A stretch of DNA of 63,359 nucleotides, counting the filler, from Reticulomyxa filosa (Eukaryota; Protista; Foraminifera), in NCBI GenBank assembly GCA_000512085.1. It is 19 parts of 19 records of this genome, joined end to end, with 100 filler letters (N's around TTAATTAATTAA, not from the genome) between each part and the next. Parts side by side here need not be neighbours in the genome. Positions count along the whole stretch, not along the records: positions 37,997 to 39,623 come from ASPP01050272.1; positions 39,724 to 42,279 come from ASPP01002322.1; positions 42,380 to 52,240 come from ASPP01047289.1; 16 more parts are not named here. The stretch is one strand, 5' to 3'. Positions 38,150 to 51,761 of the stretch are shown piece after piece. Both the position numbers and the translations under genes were made by a program. Every line of letters begins with the position of its first letter. The first letter of the stretch is position 1. The notes below the pieces were generated by a model that searched no databases, had not been told where the DNA came from, and worked only from the letters and a program-made list of their open reading frames with translations.

Positions 38150-39451
38150 TCTCCAAAGAACACAAAATTTGTCTATCGAGCAATTGGAGAGTGTTGCGGT
38201 GCCAGCAAGCAAGCGAAGTAAAGTTCAAACAACTCCAAAATTGATGGTATTGTCGATCTCAAGGTGTTTATTTGACAATTGACTCAGTTTTTTGCTGTCT
38301 TTTTGTGTGAATTGTTGTTTCTTTGTGATATTTTTTTTGCAAAGATAAGTTGATGTTTCAATTCTCCAGCTCACCTGATATGCTTCTAATCTCTTTAGAT
38401 TTTTCGCAAAAAAAATTTTCTGAAATGGAATATTTTTGAGTTTTTAATATGATAATCAAGTTTTTTTGACTTAAACACTCTGTATCTTTTTTGTTTCATT
38501 GAACTATTTGAGTTTTTTGTTAATAAGAACTATCTATTTGTGTCAACGACTGATCTTTCCACAAATTGTTAAAAATATTGAAATATTAAATTTATTCAAT
38601 TTTCAAAAAACTTAAATATTTCACACTTATACAAGTTAAAATTTAATTTTGAAGATTGTCCAATAAATTTTTGTCCTCCTTGATGCAAGAACAAGACTCA
38701 AAAATTAAATTGTTTTTTTTTGAAAGTAATCTCCAAAGGAAATAGAACATACACCACTTAAATAGCCACCAAGATGTGCAACATGAGCAATTCTATAAGG
38801 TATGCCTTGCGCCAACACATGGATTCATTTTGTTTTTACAGTCTAAATCTTGTATTACTGTGATCACCTCAAACTGTAGACTTTTGTAATCCATATACAA
38901 TGCAGACATGTCCAAAAAGCACATGGCAAAAACGATGGGAAAAAGAGAAAGTATGTACTCCTTGTAGATCCTCGTTCTCTCTTCCAATGGCAACAATCTG
39001 TTTTCCACTTTTTTGCTTGACTCATTACTCCATCCATTTTGATATTTCTCATCATCAGGGTGTAGCGTCCATGATATGGGATTCTCATCAAAGGAAAGTA
39101 ATGTTAGCATGTTTTTGTCTTTGCTTTTTTTCATGCTTCCAATATCACACTTAATGACACTATGTCCTTGCAATTACTTATTATACGGATACACTCTACT
39201 GTTTTTTTTTATATTCCTCTATTCACTACGTGGTACGAGTAAAAGTTACCGTTTGATATCAATAGTTTAGCATTGAAAATCACACACTGATTATCAATCA
39301 TGTATAAAGACAAAGAGACACATGATCTCATTGTTCTTCTTTTTTTATGAACGAAGTTACACCCTGGCCATAGTTTTGTATCTCTATTGTTATTCAAGTT
39401 TGCTTTCTGTATTTCAATCTTGAAATGTAATAACTTTGAAAAAGCAACCAT
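38150..39451 (-). pseudogene. Degenerate Kelch-like propeller family member
   Basis: Remnants QCVIFNAKLLI, FYSYH, GHSVIK, LTLLSF and YTLMM are spread over different frames with stops. A degenerate Trp-helix motif lies near 38170-38260. Confidence 0.45.
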
Positions 39452-39723
39452 TTTTGATAAATAAAATGAACTATTATAAAAAGTAAATTTTTATGGACAG
39501 AATCACGTTTCTTTTTTTTTTTTTAACTGTTAGTCAATAATAAGACATAATGTCTGCAGTGCTTTCATTTTTACTGGATGCACCAGTATCCTGTAAGGAA
39601 GACATGGCAAACAAACTCTGGGANNNNNNNNNNNNNNNNNNNNNNNNNNNNNNNNNNNNNNNNNNNNTTAATTAATTAANNNNNNNNNNNNNNNNNNNNN
39701 NNNNNNNNNNNNNNNNNNNNNNN

Positions 39724-40296
39724 ATATAAGAAACACTTGAAACATTGCAAAGCGGAATTGAAAAAATCGAAGCGAAAAGATTATTACAAGATATTGGAGG
39801 TCACCAAAGACACAGAAGACAAAGAGCTAGAAAAAGCTTTCCGAAAGCAAGCAATGAAATGGCATCCAGATCGCTTTTCAACCGGAACTGAAGAAGAAAG
39901 ACAAGCTGCGGAAGAAAAATTCAAAGAAATTGGTGAGGCCTATGAAGTGTTAAGAGATCCCAAACTTAGACAAAGATATGACCAAGGCTATGACTTGGAT
40001 GAAATCAAACAAGGAGCCGGTGGACATTTTGCTCATGGTATGGACTTTATTTTATTTTATTTTATTTTTTATGATACTCGCTTACTATTTGTTAAATATG
40101 ATTGGCCAAACTCTTCTATTTTTTTTTATTTTAATGATCATAACAATACGTAGGAGGAATGGACATGGCCGATATCATCAATTTGATTGGAGGAATGGGA
40201 GGCGGAATGGGAGGTGGAATGGGAGGTGGAATGGGCGGAATGGGAGGAATGGGAGGAATGGGAGGACCAGGTCATTTCACTTTTCGATTTGGCTAA
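39724..40296 (+). CDS. DNAJC7: DnaJ subfamily C member 7-like co-chaperone, C-terminal J domain
   Basis: LKKSKRKDYYKIL, HPD and AEEKFKEIGEAYEVL.DP..R.RYD.G.DL motifs; intron 40038-40153; GGM-rich tail ending FTFRFG*. Confidence 0.85.
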
Positions 40297-41663
40297 AACA
40301 GCAAAAGCGCTTTTATTGACAAGCTTACGTAATAAGGATTTCACCCATTTTTTACAATCTTTTCCTTTCTCCCTCCTTGTGTGTTTTCCCACAACCAAAA
40401 GAAAAGTTATTTCGCTGTGGCAAATGTTTTGGCAAGGGTTTTTTTGTTTACCTTACTTTGAATATGTGGGAGATGGATTATGCCTTTTGCTTTGCAACGT
40501 AACACCTTTATCAAACACTACCAAAAATTCCTTGAATATGCTTGAAAATTAACTGTTTTTTTTATTTGTGGTCTGGCACCAACAATAAAAATCAGTCATA
40601 TTTCGGAGCAGTAACAGAGATAAACTTCGTGAAACAAATTTTACATCTTTCACAGACTACGAAAATAAATCCAGTTTGAAGAAAAAATGTTTTTCGGCTA
40701 ATGTATGAACGTCCACATCCAATTGATCGGTGATAGTAATGTACGCATCCAACCATTCATTATAATGCAATGAGGTTCGTCAGTAACTGATGGATGCGAT
40801 TGACGGGCAATGGTTTGACAAGTTAACGTTCTTAAGTTTGTCTACTGTCACATTACAAGTAAGCCAAAAGTTGAACCGTCAACAGTTAAATAGGATTAAT
40901 AATGCACATATTAATTTTACATTGCAAAAGTCATTTTATATAATTTTTGTTTTTGTCATTTTGTTTTCTCATACAAAAATAGTCCATTTTCATAAAACAT
41001 CAAACAGAAATTAACACTGCCATATTCTTCATTTTGATTAATTAATGGATATAATGTATATGAAATTATTGTAAGCTGTAGTTTTGAAAGTACTAATCAG
41101 AATGGAAACAACAATCAAAAGTCGACAACGACACCAAAAGACAATATTTTTAGGACAAGACAGCATATTGCGACGCATTTGTTTGATGCAAATACAAAAT
41201 ATTTGTACGAAAAAGTCATCAATTGCTTTTTTTAAAAAATAAAATTTTAAAAACAATGATAAAAGGAGATAATTTTTTTTTACCAGACTATCAACTAAAA
41301 TACAAACCAAAGATTTTGTACACTAGTTCATGATTGAAATATTCTTGTTTTGAAGTGCAAGGAAGCCCTACGAATAGAGCAATGAGGAAAGTGCGCCTTG
41401 AAAGATACCTGACACTCCTCAGTGCAAAAATAAAAAAAAGATTTTCTTTTCCCTCTCCCCTTTTACCTTCCTGTTCCCTTCAAATCTCAAATCACAAAAA
41501 AAAACAACAAAACAAACAGACAAACAAAACGAAAGAACAGCGATAACAACAAACAATTTCCAAAGTTGTTTGTTGAACCTCTTTTCTACTTTTAATCTAT
41601 TCGCTTCAAATTAAAAAAAAAGAAAAGAAATAGGATTGGACAGTGTGTTAATTGTTATTGTTG

Positions 41664-42228
41664 TTATTGCTGAGTGTTATTAGAAACAAGTTCGACACCG
41701 ACATTATTTGGCGGCGTGATATGTGATTGAGGGCTAGCAAAGGAATCACGAAAGTTGTTATCGTAAGAAACAGAGGCATGATGAAGACGATTGGATCCAC
41801 GGGAGTCGTACTGATTGTGTTTCTTCATATCGTAAGTAGTCGATGCAGGAGTAGTGGCGCCACTGGCATGAACAGCGCCAGTAGCAGCACGCTGCTGAAT
41901 ATCGGGAGTGTTAGAAGGAACGTGATCATGTGAAGAGGGCTGTTTGCCTTGCAGCTGATTAATCAAATTGTGGTCCTCAAAGCCGCTAAAGTCAACAATA
42001 TCACGCTCCGTCGCTTTAATAAATTTTTGGCGTTGGCGTTGGTGTCGACATATCATAAAGATACGTAAAAACTGCACGCCCAGCCGGATGAACAACATAG
42101 TACGAAACAGCGGCCGTGAGGTAAGTACTACCCAATACACCGGCAACGCCAATACGCAAATCGCTACCAATACAAAGTCACAAATATTCGCACATGAGTT
42201 CCAATACTTGTGTGGATGAGCAAATATC
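41664..42228 (-). CDS. Voltage-sensor-like (S3-S4) membrane protein, last exon
   Basis: YWNSCANICDFVLV (S3 NxxD) and RTMLFIRLGVQFLRIF (S4-like), then a hydrophilic tail with no pore module. Confidence 0.55.
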
Positions 42229-42867
42229 TTTTTTTTTTTTTTTTTTTGCCAAGCTATTTTTTTTCGGGATTATAAAAAANNNNNNNNNNNNNNNNNNNNN
42301 NNNNNNNNNNNNNNNNNNNNNNNTTAATTAATTAANNNNNNNNNNNNNNNNNNNNNNNNNNNNNNNNNNNNNNNNNNNNGCGTTCAGTTTTCTTTGCAAC
42401 CTACTGTAATATTGCATTACCATGTGCAACGCAAAATGAAGTTAACAAAGTGAAGCTGAAGCATTAGTTAAATAGTTGTAAGTATGTAGCTGAATGGGCA
42501 AATATGCTAAGTAATCATGAATCTATTGCTGTTTTTAAAAAGGATGTATATTCTTTATTCGTGAATAATTAGACAAAAAATTACGTCAAATTATGCAAAA
42601 CATTTTTAACAATATAAGTTCAACTGCAGTTGATTTAGAAAATATGAGCTATTCCATTCGTTATTGTGAAAAAGTGTTGTTTCCTGTAGTTGAAAATAAG
42701 ATTTACAAAATAACAAAAAAATGAAGTAAGGTTAGCATAATGAAATCACTGTAACCAAGATATACAAAAAAAAAAGAATGTAAATGCAGCACGAGGTATA
42801 AAAAGGATATGGAAATGTTGGACCAAGAAAAAGAATATCCATTATGTGGAGCTGGCAAATTCTCGAT

Positions 42868-44734
42868 CTACATTGAAGAATGTCTGGCCACTATCCTGAA
42901 AAGAAAAGTTTCAACAAATTGTGCAATGATGAGATGTTGATAATCGTTTTGAATATGCTCAAACCCAGGGACTTTGTGATTTCGTGTATCTTTATGGAGA
43001 TGAAGTAGGTCAAACAATACAATCATTTCCTTTGACTTGACATAATGGTATGTGACGGGTTCACGTGTCGTGTGTTCCAATCCCTCCTTTATTTGTGATT
43101 CCACATATCAAGCAAAGTATGAATGTATACTATCAAAAAAATATATATATACATATACATATGTGTAGACACAAAAAAAAATAAATAAAAAATATATATG
43201 TGTGTTATATGATATAAATGATATCGAAACAGTCGGTTGGGAATACCAATGATAAGTTCGATACCATTCGACATTGGTTAGTTTGTAAATTCCTCCCAAT
43301 CCGGTCATGGTCAATGGCTCAAAGACATTGAAGCGATCGTGTCCTTGAGCGTCTCTGGTGTCTGTCGGAGAGACTTGGAGGATGCTATCCATAATAAAGG
43401 CGGTGCATAGGTCATCCCATATGAAACCCGAGTTGGAGCAATACTCGTACGTAATGACTCTACCTTTCCAAGCCTCCAGGAGTGCCTCCACAATAGGCTT
43501 ATTTACAAGATAACCAGCGCCGCCACTGTTGAAAATAAAGCTGCCAGGCAACTGAAGACGACATCCGAGCCAAAGCTTGACTTTGTCGTTACCGTCACTG
43601 TTGTCATGTGTGAGTTGGTTTTTCGCTTTTTCCGTGAGACTGTACAAATAGCGCAACAAATTGGGAATGTGCAAGAATGTGACATCACCAATTTGAACAC
43701 CCAGTCATATCCATTGGCTCCATACTCACGTACCGCCCAAAGCCAAGCAACTCCACTTTCCTGTGCAGAGCTCGATATCTCAAGTGCTTGATATGGAGGT
43801 GTTACAACATCATCACCTTTTTTTTTTCCCCCCTCCCTCCTCATTTTAGCCAAACAGAATACAATTAAACTATTCTTCTCTCCAAATGATATATGATAGA
43901 AAAACAAATACACCTGTGTGACAAACATTTGTGATCCTGTATTGACAAATTTAATATGAAACAGAGGCTGTTCTGCATTTTGGCTCTGCTTTGGAATTAA
44001 GGTGCTTTGGGGTTAGCCCATGTCTGACGGATCACCGGAATGCCATCTTCCTCGCGATTTTGGATTGACGAACGGAACACCAGGAATAAGATCTTTGGCA
44101 ATATTTTCTCATACAAACGTGTTTCTTTTTCTTTCATTTTCGCAGCAGATTGCGAGTATGTCTTGGACTCCGTTTCTCCGCTACCAACTCCAAAACTCAA
44201 ACTGGTTTGTCCTATTCACTCCATTTCAACTTCTTATTATATGCATCCATGACACTCCAAATTTTTTTTATTTTATTTGTTTCACACATGTTAAAAGAGT
44301 TAATAATATAATATTAACAACCTGAAAAAATCATGAAAAGGAACCAACCGCAGCCAAGGCAAACGGTGAAAATTAATAATCGCATCACAGTACTTTGGCA
44401 TAAGATATGCAATCTTGCTGGACGTCTCTCAGATAACAAATGGAACGATTCATTTTTCTCATTAACCCCTTCGTCAGCTTTCTCGGACTTATTTGAATGG
44501 ATGTCGGTCCGGGGGAGAGGTCATTATTTTTGCTAATCTTTGGAGCCTCTGTGTTGAAATAGGATTCGTCACTGGCCATTCGACTACGTGATGCCAATCT
44601 TGACTTTACAAAGGTCACGTTTACGCTTGGATTGGAGTTTGTGCTTGTGTTCGCTCCTGTTTCACCGCTGTTCGACACTTCCACAGGGGGAGAGGGCGAA
44701 TTTCGAGGTGACTTGTACGCTATTGAGTTTTCAT
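42868..44734 (-). CDS. GT31 (C1GalT1/Fringe-like) type II membrane glycosyltransferase
   Basis: Single TM segment, IRQTWA, YDWVFK...TFLHIPNLLRYL, SGGAGY, DDL, DTRDAQGHDRF and TYHYV motifs; several introns and homopolymer frameshifts. Confidence 0.82.
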
Positions 44735-45133
44735 TATAACTGTTTCTTGATTTTCATTTTTTTTCTTTTTTATGTTTCCAATATTGATATGTAAGTTTAG
44801 GAAAACTTTTTAAAAGACTTGATGTTGGCAACATGTTTGCTTGTGAATTTTTTTCGCTTTTTCAATTTTTACTAGTTCAAGAAACTAATTTCTACACTAT
44901 TTATACTATCTTTGCTGCAATGATGGCGTATTATTGGGAAACTCATTTAATAGAACAAAGATTTGTTAACTATCTTTTTTTGTGAGCTGCGAAAAGATAT
45001 GCGGAATATGATCATTCAATTCTCACATAAAAATGAGAAAAAGTAAATATTTTTCTCTCAAAGAAGAAAAATCTGAAGAACAACCCAACTAAAAAAAAGA
45101 GCAATCAAATATGAAATTTGTTTATCACAGCAT

Positions 45134-45448
45134 TTAAAAGATATCTTTGTGTTTCTGACTGACCACCACAAGTTGCTCGTAAAGCTTCATTTCAAAGTTG
45201 TCCGTCAGATTCCTTACAATCTCTTGCTCAATCTTGCCGTTGTTTACAGTTCCAACAATTTCTACAAATCGAGAATCATACGAACTAAATTGGGTGGGGT
45301 TAAAAGTAATCGTTATTTGTTTGTTGTCACTACTTTCGAGAACAGCTGTTCCGTTTTGACACGTTAATACTTTTCCAACAAATATGACGCGCTCTCCTTC
45401 ATATTTGCTTAATAAACTGCCGTTAACGCGAGGACAATTGTTGCTCAT
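45134..45448 (-). CDS. RPA3: Replication protein A 14-kDa subunit
   Basis: PRVNGSLLSKY.G..V.FVGKV, SSD, FVEIVG.V and NF....Y..LV OB-fold pattern; 104 aa. Confidence 0.9.
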   Translation of the reverse strand: MSNNCPRVNGSLLSKYEGERVIFVGKVLTCQNGTAVLESSDNKQITITFNPTQFSSYDSRFVEIVGTVNNGKIEQEIVRNLTDNFEMKLYEQLVVVSQKHKDIF

Positions 45449-46051
45449 ATCTATTTTAGCAAGATAACACCGTCGAAGATAACTTAGAAAGGGGTTTTTT
45501 TAAAAACACGTGGAAAGGTAACAAGTCAACAAACTCCTGGTGCTCCACAAAAAACTATTATTTAAATTTTGTAATCTTTAAAAAATCAAAAAATTTATCA
45601 TTTGCTTTATCCATTTGTTGTTACTGCTGCAACTCTTTCTTTATTCTGTTTTTTAATATATTTTAATTTAATAAAAAATATTTCATTTTTGCTAATTTAT
45701 TATAACCTTCTCTTCTAATTTATGCCAACTCCACGATCGAAATTTTTATATATTGACAATTATGAAAAGACAATTTTAAAGGAGTTAATATAATAAAAGA
45801 AGATGGAATTGATGATTTTGTAATTAATAATTGTTTTTGAATTGATATATTTGGAATTAATTACATAGATATGTTGGTAATATTACATTGGATTGATACT
45901 AAATATTAGTATCAATATTATAAATAAAAATACAATTTGTACATTGTTTATATATACTATCATATCCACAAAAAATAAGTCAAATTTTGAATGATAACCA
46001 CAAATCTTTTCGATTCATTTTTTTTACAATAATAAAAATTTGTTTTCAAAC

Positions 46052-46097
46052 TGTAGCAAAACCATTTTCGTATTACATTTAGTACAACCTCTTCCAG
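46052..46097 (+). repeat. Internally deleted fragment of the LTR-like repeat
   Basis: AGCAAAACCATTTTCGTATTACATTTAGTACAACCTCTTCCAG matches copy 2 (reverse complement) except for one indel, and is preceded by TGT. Confidence 0.75.
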
Positions 46098-48783
46098 TTC
46101 CATTTTTTTAATTGGTATTTCTTAGCAAACCAGTCTGAACAAATCACAATGATATCTGTTTTTTCCACTTCAAACGCTTTATATATTGACATCAAGTTAT
46201 GTATATTGTATATTTTTTTCAAGAAAGTGCTCAAGCATCAAACATCTTATTGTATTCCAAAAAATCATATGCTTTTCTTTTTCGCTGCAAAAATGTATTT
46301 GAATTAGTCATTGAAGCGCTTATAGAATATAGTGTTGTTTTTCCTAAAATTATTTGTTAAAATGCATCCAATGAAATTTTTTTGTTTAAAATAAATCTCA
46401 TGTTTGATGAATAAGATATGTTAGAAACTCTTTAAAAAAATCAATAATGCTATATCTAAAGGGGTTGTTTATGTTATTTCTTTCTCTTCATCATCTTTTT
46501 CAAGGGTTAAATTATTTTTGTTCTTGTCTTAAAAAATACTTCAACTAAATTATCACATGTTCAAGTAGTTAGCGGTTTATATAAATATTTATTATATATC
46601 AAGTGTGTTGGCCTTAATGATGCCCAATTATTCAATCTATGTTTTTCTTTGACTTGATACTTTTATTCAACTGTAAAAAAGTCTATCTATATCAAGATAA
46701 AAATCACTTTAATAAATACAGTTAATCATATTTTTTATTGAAACAAATCAATTTTGATGCGAATGTGAGTAAATGTCAGATATTACAATATTTATTTTGA
46801 TAAAATAAAAATGTAATTTTTATGTGACAACTAGAACATAGACTCAATTAAATAAATAATACTTTCCAGTTGAAGAAAAAAAACTTAATGATATGTACTT
46901 TAAATAATCTTAGATACCTTTGCACAGAAAATTTCTTCATCAGTCCTGGAATGAAAAGATTGTCCTTTTAAACTTTGAAAATAAGAAACGAAACTAATGA
47001 TGCGACATAAAAAAATAAAAAATCTGGAACTAAGCCCTTTTTAAGAAACTCTTCATCAAGTCATAATTTTATTTTTATATTTTTAATAAAAAATAAGTAT
47101 TATCCATTTAATCAAATCAAAATTAAATTAAATAATGAATTAAAACAGTGTGGTGTAGTTCATTTTTTTTTCGCATTTGTAACGTTTGTTCAATTTTCTG
47201 TCGGTCTAGTTGAACTAAAAAAAACTGCGTCCTGCCAAAACATTCAAAAAAGAAAACTAATAAACACCATTTAACAGAATTATCGCTAAAGAAAAAAAAA
47301 ACTATAAATTTCATCAAACATGTTAGTGTTTCTCTCTTTACGTTCAAAAAATTTCACTGTAGCTTTTTAAAACTGTGTTGCTTGTTGTGCGTCTTGAAGA
47401 ACTTCAATTTATTTTGTGTGGTTGTTCAATACATCTATGTTTGATTTGTAAACAACAACATTACTGCTAATGTTTACTCTACTTCTGAGTCCAATTACTC
47501 CTGGATTTAGTAGTTTGCATAAACGATCTTAGAAATAAAGGCGTTTTCAATGCTTTTTCTTTAAAATGTGTTTAGAATTTAGAGTTGAAAAATGTAAGCA
47601 ATTGTCTCTCGGTTTCAAAGATTGTTTTAAACATGTAGTAGTTTTTTAATTTAGTTGTGTGGATACTGGCAATCAAATTTATCTATTACCATTTGGCTCA
47701 AGAGAAAAATTATATGATGCAAATCTGTGCCTCCTTTGTAATTATATTTAAATTAGTTTCGGTAATATGATGAATTGAAATATCCCTTAAAAAGAATCAA
47801 ATGCATTGAATGCAACGCCAATAGAAATTTCATTTTTTCAATGATATAGTTTTTAAATTATTGATTGCACCTAGTACTTTCTTTTTAGAAATGACAGCCA
47901 ATTTACAGCACAATCAATATGCTATCAAATATTTTTATAAACATGCGAAATATACATTAGTATTCTTGTAGAATTATTTATATGTGATTTTGGCTCATTT
48001 TTTAAATATTGTGGATCATTTTCTTTAATTTGTGGGTCATTTTGCATTTTTTTAAACTTATTTTTAAAAATAAGCCACTTTCATTTAAAGAGATAAAAAA
48101 AATTGTTTTTTTAAATTAAATATTAATTATATAAGTTAGTTATTATGTTTTTATCTGTTTGTTAAATTAAAATTATATCAAAAAATCAACAAGTTACAAG
48201 GGGAACGTCGTTCCATTTTTTAAATTTTTTTATCTGTCATGAAGTTGCAAGTCAAAGTAAATCCAGAGGTGATGAAGTAAATGTTAGCTACTTTTAGAAT
48301 TAGGGACAATTGCGAAAGGATCTAAGTTGGTTTTGTTAAGTTTAGTCTTAATTTGTTAGTAAATGAAACTGATATACTTCACATTACATATTTGATAAAA
48401 AATTCTGTTATCACTTGTTAAATCAATAATATACAGACTGAATACATGCACAGAATTATTGAAAGCTTTTAATTATTTATGTTAACGTTAAATCAGCGTG
48501 ATGCCCTTTTTTTTTTAAAAGAGTTGTTCTTATTTTCTTCTTCTGTACATTTGGCATCATTTGTTTAAACATTGACATCAAAAAACATGCAAACAAGCAG
48601 CAACAAAAAATGACGCAACCACTAACTCAAATTTAATTGATCCATTTTCAAAATGATACTTTTCATTTCTTAGTTTTTTCATTTTAAAAATTCAGAGTCG
48701 TCAACTAAAAAAAAAAAGTTAAATTCTCGTTCTATCTATAAAAATATCATAAAATATTGTCAAAAAAACGAGGAAATAAGAAA

Positions 48784-50382
48784 ATGCCGTCACTTCCTGT
48801 CAATCCATCGTACAAAGATAAAGAAAATCACGTTAAAGCTCCAGAGAAATGCAAATGCAATTATCACGCGTTCTTGAGCAATATCGAAGAAATAGCCAGT
48901 TTACCACAACGGGTTGTGTTTTTGAAATTTGGAGGATTTTTGGGATTAATATTGTTACTCTCGTGGCTTGTAATGGGTCCTTTGGTAACGTCGCTTGATC
49001 TGGTATCGCAGCGTGCAGTATATTTTTACAAGCACGAGCACTTGAGATACGTGCAGTACGCGTTGATAAATCTAATTTATGGTTTCAACAGCTATGTAAT
49101 ATTAAAATGCACAGTGATTGATGTAGGTCACTCCAATTCGCAAAGTTCCAAATGGCGGCATATCTTGTTACTATTCTTGGTTGTGGTGTCTTCATATTTG
49201 AATATGGGCGTTACATGTGTGCTTTGGTTGTTTCGAAATGATTTACCAAACGTTGCATTTTTATGCACTTATTTGTATTGTGAATACATGTCATTTTACT
49301 TATTTTATTTGAATGTCTTTGGTTTAATGTTCCCTTGTTTAGTGTCACTGTTCTTCTATCGTATGTTAGTGCCCACCCCAAAAGTTTGGAGTGATAATCC
49401 AATTAATACCTCTGACTATTCTTTAGAGCTACTCCAAGAATCTGGAGCTGCTTTTAGTCCAAAAACTTCGCAATTTTTTTTGAATTTGTGTGCATTTTTG
49501 TGGATTATGATCTTTGGTGCGACCGTATTTGTTGCATACGTAAGTGCAGAGTTGGAGTCGAGTTACGCGGAAACACATTTTGAGCAAGTGTATCTCATCC
49601 TACTAATTGTGATGATAGTGTTGAAATGGGCCTTAAAAAAGATTTCAAGACAACTGGACCGAACTCGGTTGCAGTATACCAATTTTAGTGCAAAAGAGTC
49701 GTCACTGGAAATCATGACCGAATTTGTTATGTCGTATTTGTATTGGGATGTTTATCGATATTTGTTTATCTCTGAAAATATTCAGTGGAATAATTTTATT
49801 TATACAAAATCATTACATGTGCTGTCAGAATTATTCGAAACTGGGTTATTTTTTTTTTTTTTTTTTTTTAAATTTTGCACCTTTTTTTTTTTTGAAATGA
49901 AAAGTTTTCGCTCGACAGATTGGTATTTTACAATCACGCAAAAATGGCAAGACAACAAATGGTCACGCCAATGGCTGATACAATCTGGGCTTATTCAAGA
50001 TGCAAACACATCCCATGACCAGTGGAAAGTGCGTTATTGTATTGACATTATGCTACATTTCACTGCGTCTTGGTTGGACGGTATAGGGTGGATTGTCATT
50101 TTAACTGTTCACCATTCCTATCTTGCAAACGATTTGGGCATCAATGTCGGGCTTTCGTTTTTGTTTTTGATAGCAAGCATGCTCATTGATGCATTCATAA
50201 TGATGGCTCTTTACCTTTGGTTTTGGTGGGCCTATTCCATCGACATGGTCCACTTGGTTTGCGCTCTCTTCGTTTTGCCTACAACACATACTTTTCGTTG
50301 GCAACTTTTGTGGGCCCTTGTGTTTTTGTACACTGGCTACGCACAGTGTTGGTTTTTTCCTGACAACTTTACGCCTTTGTAA
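48784..50382 (+). CDS. Multi-pass membrane protein of unknown function
   Basis: About 10 hydrophobic segments; in-frame 60-nt intron 49845-49904. Confidence 0.8.
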   Translation: MPSLPVNPSYKDKENHVKAPEKCKCNYHAFLSNIEEIASLPQRVVFLKFGGFLGLILLLSWLVMGPLVTSLDLVSQRAVYFYKHEHLRYVQYALINLIYGFNSYVILKCTVIDVGHSNSQSSKWRHILLLFLVVVSSYLNMGVTCVLWLFRNDLPNVAFLCTYLYCEYMSFYLFYLNVFGLMFPCLVSLFFYRMLVPTPKVWSDNPINTSDYSLELLQESGAAFSPKTSQFFLNLCAFLWIMIFGATVFVAYVSAELESSYAETHFEQVYLILLIVMIVLKWALKKISRQLDRTRLQYTNFSAKESSLEIMTEFVMSYLYWDVYRYLFISENIQWNNFIYTKSLHVLSELFETGLFFFFFFFKFCTFFFFEMKSFRSTDWYFTITQKWQDNKWSRQWLIQSGLIQDANTSHDQWKVRYCIDIMLHFTASWLDGIGWIVILTVHHSYLANDLGINVGLSFLFLIASMLIDAFIMMALYLWFWWAYSIDMVHLVCALFVLPTTHTFRWQLLWALVFLYTGYAQCWFFPDNFTPL

Positions 50383-50570
50383 TGTTTGTTTTTGTTTGTT
50401 TGTACTCCGTACATTTTTTGTTGATACCAATGTTCTATTCTAAATGAATAAATATGTGTAAAGTTCTCAAACTTAACAATCGGATAGGAAAAACAAAAAA
50501 AAAACACACTGTACACATTTTTGATCAGCTCTTCAATTAGAAAATATTTTTTCTTCTGAATTAACAGACT

Positions 50571-50798
50571 TGTGGGACGTCAGCTGGAAGAGGTGTACTA
50601 AATGTAATACGAAAATGGTTTTGCTCAAGAAACCAATGTTCGATAAAACAAAAGTAAATTAAATAAAAGAAAGATGAATAACGCAACCAAAGAAGAAAAC
50701 AAAGCAAAAGAGTAAGTGAAGTTGGTTGAGGAGTTTTAGCCCACTAGGGACTCCCAGGTTCCTTCAACGTTCAGATATTTATAGGGCATTGCCCTACA
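50571..50798 (-). mobile_element. Solo-LTR-like dispersed repeat, copy 2
   Basis: Termini TGTAGGGC...GTCCCACA (imperfect inverted repeat, TG..CA); TATAAATA near the 5' end; homologous to 16784-17018. Confidence 0.6.
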
Positions 50799-51761
50799 CA
50801 AACGAAAATATCAACAGAAAGCATTAATCAGAAGAAAATCTATTTTAAGTTATAACATACACAGTCGATTGGTCATGTGGTTGGTAACTGATAAATGTGA
50901 AAATGCAAAGGACACACAAAGAGAACTGGAAAAAACTGACAGCATATCCTTACATCAGACATAAAAGTTTCTTTTAACACAAGTGTAAACGTTTGTTGGA
51001 TTGATTATTTTTTATTTATAGTTGATATAGATTAATAAAAAATTTTTGTTAAAAAAAAAGGCATAATGTAAAGTCAGCTAAAAAAATTGACTTTCAATAA
51101 ATGCAAGTGATAAGATATTACAACATAGATGAAAAATAGTATGTGATCTGTTCGATGTATCTACAAAATTATTTTACTTTAGCTCTTTCAATAAAGATAC
51201 ACAAGTCAAATACTAAAAAAGCCCTTTTTTTGGTTATACAGTTTTTTTTGCAAAATACTGCATTATATAAAATGATAAACAAAAAATTATAAAAAAAAAT
51301 GAATTGCATTTTGAAACACTGAAGATTCGTATATTTAAAAAAAAGATTTTGGAAAAATGTAATTTTTAATTAGAAAATCTATTATATTCAAAAGTGTTAT
51401 TTTAGTATGTCAGCACTTTTGTCACTACATGTAACTAATCAATTCTCAATAATGAATCAAGAAACTTAGATTATATGATTTATGTCAATAGTATCAATAA
51501 ATTTTATGTTTGACACCAAGTTGATTTATACAAATCATTTTACCATTAATAGTTTTAACTAAAAATAAAACAAAACTATACGTTCTTCAAGTTTATTCTG
51601 TTATAGCGATTAATAAAGGATATCTTGTAAAAAATATTTAGTGAATCATACAACTCAACACTGTTTGACTTTGCAAATTATCTTGGAGATGAAAATTAGT
51701 TTAAACAGAATTCGGGAAGGGCTATTTGTTATAAAAGTTTGAGGAAGCGAAGATAATAACA

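Noticed and set aside
40744-40798. Three-way-junction fold with CUGACGA on the minus strand, hammerhead-like
   Set aside because: No GAAA core strand and no room for stem I; probably a chance fold.
41326-41415. Possible C/D-box snoRNA (ATGATT...ATGAGG...CTGA)
   Set aside because: Boxes are degenerate, there is no terminal stem, and I recognise no rRNA-complementary guide.
45450-48750. Long AT-rich stretch searched for arrays, tRNAs or hidden genes
   Set aside because: Apart from the LTR-like fragment I found no supportable feature; the same holds for 12920-14770 and 32230-33500.
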